In this document: positions 60,535-64,000 of the stretch, piece by piece
Layout of the letters: every line of letters begins with the position of its first letter
Numbering within the stretch: position 1 is the first letter of the stretch
From: Trichosphaerium sp. ATCC 40318
Lineage: Eukaryota > Protista > Tubulinea
DNA: 64,000 bases
Assembly: GCA_038496445.1 (NCBI GenBank)
Contig: JALMLS010000328.1
Location: 1 to 64,000, forward strand
Direction of reading: 5' to 3'
The notes under the pieces: model-generated
Told to the model about the DNA's origin: nothing
Databases searched by the model: none
Seen by the model: only the letters and a program-made list of their open reading frames with translations
Program-made: the position numbers and the translations under genes

Positions 60535-63174
60535 ATAGGAACTACTAAAATTGAAATCAACAGAGGAGTAAAGCAAGGAGATATCCTAAGCCCTACACTT
60601 TTCATTATCTTTATAAACCCACTACTAGAAGAGCTACGTAGATCAGGTAAAGGGTACACCATTGGCAACAACACCATTGAAGTGCTTGCATACGCTGATG
60701 ATATTAAACTTTGCTCTGATAATAAAGCAAACATGATTGCGCTATTCGATATAGTCAAAACATTTGCAACCTTTTATAACATAGACATTAATACCAATAA
60801 ATCGGGATTCACATACAATAAACACGTGCAATTATTAGACCAAGGTGACCTAATATGGAAAGACAAACCAGTCAAGAAAATAGATAGTAAAGATAACTAC
60901 AAAGATCTTGGAATCTGGACCAACATGAACCTAGACTGGAACACACATTGCGACAAACTCGAAGCAAGTATGTACAAAATGATAGACAACGTTTCCAAAT
61001 TCAGAGTTCCAACACGTATAGCCATTCGTGCTATCAATCAGCTAGTACTAGCGAAAGCAGCCTACACCATGTCTTCTATTGCCATACCGTGTGATAGAGT
61101 ATCAGATATGGAAGAAAACATACTCAAACTAACTAGAAAGCTATGTAAATCAATTAAAGGACAAAAGGCACACAGACTTTACGGAGGATATAAAGTGGGT
61201 GCTAAAAATCTAATATGTATCAAAGACTTACAACTTGAACGTTATGGTAACACAATACTCTATGACGTCCTAAATTATGAGAACAACTCCTTGATGGTAA
61301 CAATCAAAAAGGACAGACTAAATAACGCTCAAATATTCAACTCACAAGTAGTCTCAGAACCTGGTGAATGCTGCCTACCACCCGTAGGTTGTGGTAGCCG
61401 CTCATATAACATATATGATAATTTCTTAGACACGTGGGCAGACATAAATAGCTGTAACGAACGAAATATTATCTACACCCCTAATGTACGTAATAGCTGG
61501 TCACAACAGTTCACCAGATGGACTACAGAACAAATGGATAATGTAACAAAAACTAACAACTGGCTTATTATAGCCACAGACGGTAGTTGTTACAGCAACG
61601 CAGAAGTGGATTGCCGAGCAGGTTATGGTGTTTTCCTGAGTGAAAACTATAAAATTAGTGGTGTAGTACCCTTTGATACCACGCCTATCTTTGCAGAACT
61701 ATATGCTATAGAAACTGCGCTGAAAACTATCCCTAAAGGATGCAAAGCTTTGCTAGGAACAGACTGTGTAGGAGCCAAAAGTCTTATTAAACAGTACAAA
61801 CTAGCTAGCGTACATAGTAGGAAAAAACTGTCTTACAAAGCAATACTATATCGCATTCATAAAGCAATGGAGCTAGTCAATGTAAAAATAGTATGGATAC
61901 CAGCACACACAGACGATTTCGAAACAATATCAATCACAGAAACAAAGAAAGAACACTTCACTAAATTAAGAAACAAATATGGAGAAGACGTAGTCAAAGC
62001 GTTAGTGAAAGGTAACAAGAACGCAGATACCCTAGCAAAACATGGTAGAGATGAAGAATCGGAAGACGTTCCGTTATTTAATAAGATAGGTAAAGGGCAT
62101 AACACGTTTATAGTCAGCAAGAATGGTATGGTCACATACGGCAACTACCAAAAAGTTCGCAAAAACGAAAACCAAACATTCTGGGATAAAAGATGGATTA
62201 CTGAATCTACAGGACCAGCTAAATACGAACGTATAGACATGCACACATCTAACTTAATATTTCAGAGGAATGAAGCTGAATATGGAAGGGTACAAGACTT
62301 TATATTTCGGCTCAAGACAAATAACCTGAACCTGAACCAAAAACTTAATAGCATAGCTACAAATATAGGAACACCATCCAACTACATAGAAAAATATATG
62401 ACAGAAATGTATGATGATGACAAATGCGAATTATGTAACCTAGAAGAGGACGACGAAAGAGAAATAGAAGACGTAAAACATTTCAACTACTGTGACCCAG
62501 AAAACACATTTTACTATTCAACTGGTGAAGTCATAGGTCAAGTAACACAACACCTCATAAACACAAAAGGCACCTTAGAAGGTATAGAGAAAGCAATTCC
62601 GATCACTGGACATTTAGAAAATAATGGATTTAAAAGCGTGCTAACTCCACTCTCCAAAGATCAAGACGAAAACAATACCCCACTACACGACCGAATTTTC
62701 AATCACACTAACTTATTCGTCAAATACAGAAACCCAAATAGGAAAATATCACCGGAATTATGGCTATTAGCCATACTAGGATTCAACAAAAGAGAGTACA
62801 CTAAACACCACTTTGCAATTACAGAATGTATGTACAGAGACTCGATGAAATACCCAACTTTCTACAACAAAAATACACTGGCGCTATTAAATGAAGAATA
62901 CAACAAACAGCTAACACACTCTTGCTTTGGATACGCTACAGATTACACATTTCTTGGCCTATCTACACAATTCATTAGGGAATTAGATGTAGACAAATCC
63001 ACCAATAGGCTACTCCGGAGGAGAGCGAAAGAGATGGCACATATGATACACCAAATAGAATTATATAAAAAGTATATAATTAACAGGAAAGCAAATCATG
63101 CGATCAAACTTAAAAGAGTAAAAGAACGAGCGAGGAGGAACGGAGAGGAATATATGATCAACGAATACACATAA
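60535..63174 (+). CDS. Truncated LINE ORF2 (RT-RNase H-zinc knuckle-unknown C-terminal domain); no true start codon
   Basis: RT QGD..SP..F and YADD. RNase H ATDGS, AELYAI, TDC, WIPAH, GNKNADTLAK. Zinc motif CELC-X14-HFNYC. Confidence 0.9.
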   Translation: MGTTKIEINRGVKQGDILSPTLFIIFINPLLEELRRSGKGYTIGNNTIEVLAYADDIKLCSDNKANMIALFDIVKTFATFYNIDINTNKSGFTYNKHVQLLDQGDLIWKDKPVKKIDSKDNYKDLGIWTNMNLDWNTHCDKLEASMYKMIDNVSKFRVPTRIAIRAINQLVLAKAAYTMSSIAIPCDRVSDMEENILKLTRKLCKSIKGQKAHRLYGGYKVGAKNLICIKDLQLERYGNTILYDVLNYENNSLMVTIKKDRLNNAQIFNSQVVSEPGECCLPPVGCGSRSYNIYDNFLDTWADINSCNERNIIYTPNVRNSWSQQFTRWTTEQMDNVTKTNNWLIIATDGSCYSNAEVDCRAGYGVFLSENYKISGVVPFDTTPIFAELYAIETALKTIPKGCKALLGTDCVGAKSLIKQYKLASVHSRKKLSYKAILYRIHKAMELVNVKIVWIPAHTDDFETISITETKKEHFTKLRNKYGEDVVKALVKGNKNADTLAKHGRDEESEDVPLFNKIGKGHNTFIVSKNGMVTYGNYQKVRKNENQTFWDKRWITESTGPAKYERIDMHTSNLIFQRNEAEYGRVQDFIFRLKTNNLNLNQKLNSIATNIGTPSNYIEKYMTEMYDDDKCELCNLEEDDEREIEDVKHFNYCDPENTFYYSTGEVIGQVTQHLINTKGTLEGIEKAIPITGHLENNGFKSVLTPLSKDQDENNTPLHDRIFNHTNLFVKYRNPNRKISPELWLLAILGFNKREYTKHHFAITECMYRDSMKYPTFYNKNTLALLNEEYNKQLTHSCFGYATDYTFLGLSTQFIRELDVDKSTNRLLRRRAKEMAHMIHQIELYKKYIINRKANHAIKLKRVKERARRNGEEYMINEYT

Positions 63175-63286
63175 CAAAAAAGTAAAGAGGACATTTCCCA
63201 GGCTAAGGCCTGTGTTGTACTATATATGTAACGCGAAATGTGCTCGACTAAAGTAAAACATAGTCAAATAAACCAAACAAACAAAC
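60536..63286 (+). mobile_element. 5'-truncated non-LTR retrotransposon (LINE): RT C-half, RNase H, CCHC; (AAAC)n tail; 15-bp TSD
   Basis: TSD AATTTTATTGCTCTA at 60521-60535 and 63287-63301. Open frame from the 5' junction includes GVKQGDILSPTLF and YADD. AAACCAAACAAACAAAC tail. Confidence 0.95.
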
Positions 63287-63407
63287 AATTTTATTGCTCT
63301 ACTCGTAATTACGTAATTAGATGAAGGAAAATACAACTAGAAGCAAATTGGGCAATAGGAGTGTTAATTTTATTAGCGTACATCGAGTGGGTTCAGTCTA
63401 TAGTACT

Positions 63408-64000
63408 ATGGGTATACAACAAAAAGAAGACAACAAACAGCAATTACCGCCGGAAATATTGACTCATGTTCTTACTTTTTTGAAAAGAAAAGAGCGTATA
63501 AGAGCTTCTTCAGTGTCTCATCACTTTAACAACATCATACGCCTCAATATTGGGTTCGATTATTTGTATATCAAAGAAAGCTCAGATTGTTGGGCGCTAA
63601 AAGGAAGTCCTTTGCTTAAAAACACAAAAATACTATGTCGAAACTTGCTTGATCGAACTCAGTTATCCCTATCAAATCATGCTTTAGGTTTCTTTATGGT
63701 GTTCATACTATTGATCTATCAAATGCTTCTATACATGATGAAGGTATCATAGCTTTGGTAGGCGGAGGAAAACACAACATCCACGTGATTAATTTACAAA
63801 ACACAAGGATCACAGATGTTTCTTTAAAAGCACTTAGTGGAGTACATACGATTAACATTTGCTTATGTAGCAATGTTACTGTTGAAGGAATAAAAGCGCT
63901 GAAAGATGTGCACACAATTTTGCTTCATAAAGCAAGAGATTCGTGGCTTAAACAGCTGAGCAATGTAACCTCAATCCACATTGGTCAGGCTTGTTTGATA
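63408..64000 (+). CDS. Intronless F-box/LRR protein, partial; apparent 1-nt frameshift near 63690
   Basis: F-box LPPEILTHVLTFL...SSVSHHF. After the frame change, LRRs YGVHTIDLSN, ITDVSLKALSGVHTINI and GIKALKDVHTILL. Confidence 0.8.

Noticed and set aside
63685-63700. Frameshift between the F-box and LRR parts
   Set aside because: One missing T in a T-run, the same error class.
1-64000. CRISPR arrays, rRNA genes, prokaryotic operons or an alternative genetic code
   Set aside because: None seen. Stops within conserved genes are explained by GT-AG introns or homopolymer slips, and TAA, TAG and TGA all appear as terminal stops.

Overview
AT-rich, gene-dense eukaryotic nuclear DNA. The many short GT-AG introns (often GTACGT/GTAAGT donors) and the gene content suggest a free-living protist, most plausibly amoebozoan; this is inference. 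About 25 host genes can be pieced together by hand across introns: NPL4, an OGFr-like gene plus an inverted partial copy, an MCPH1-like BRCT protein with an HMG box, two F-box/LRR proteins, a histidine phosphatase, an ABHD18-like hydrolase, a tandem-repeat protein with a PD-(D/E)XK-like nuclease domain, VIT1/CCC1, 5-methylthioribose kinase with an intronic tRNA-Trp, two PA-domain multipass receptors, a nodulin-like MFS transporter, Rap1, UMP1, HELQ and a bacterial-type DUF4832/ricin secreted protein. Two young retroelements are present. One is an intact Ty3/gypsy element with identical 91-bp LTRs, inserted into an exon of a LamG-domain gene. The other is a 5'-truncated RNase H-bearing LINE with a 15-bp TSD and an (AAAC)n tail. 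The most intriguing leads are the repeat-array nuclease gene, the BRCT-HMG-BRCT-BRCT protein, the ultra-short-LTR element, a marked excess of the palindrome CACGTG, and several structured RNA candidates in long introns and intergenic DNA. Exon boundaries were assembled by eye and are approximate, and family calls come from motif recognition, not database searches.
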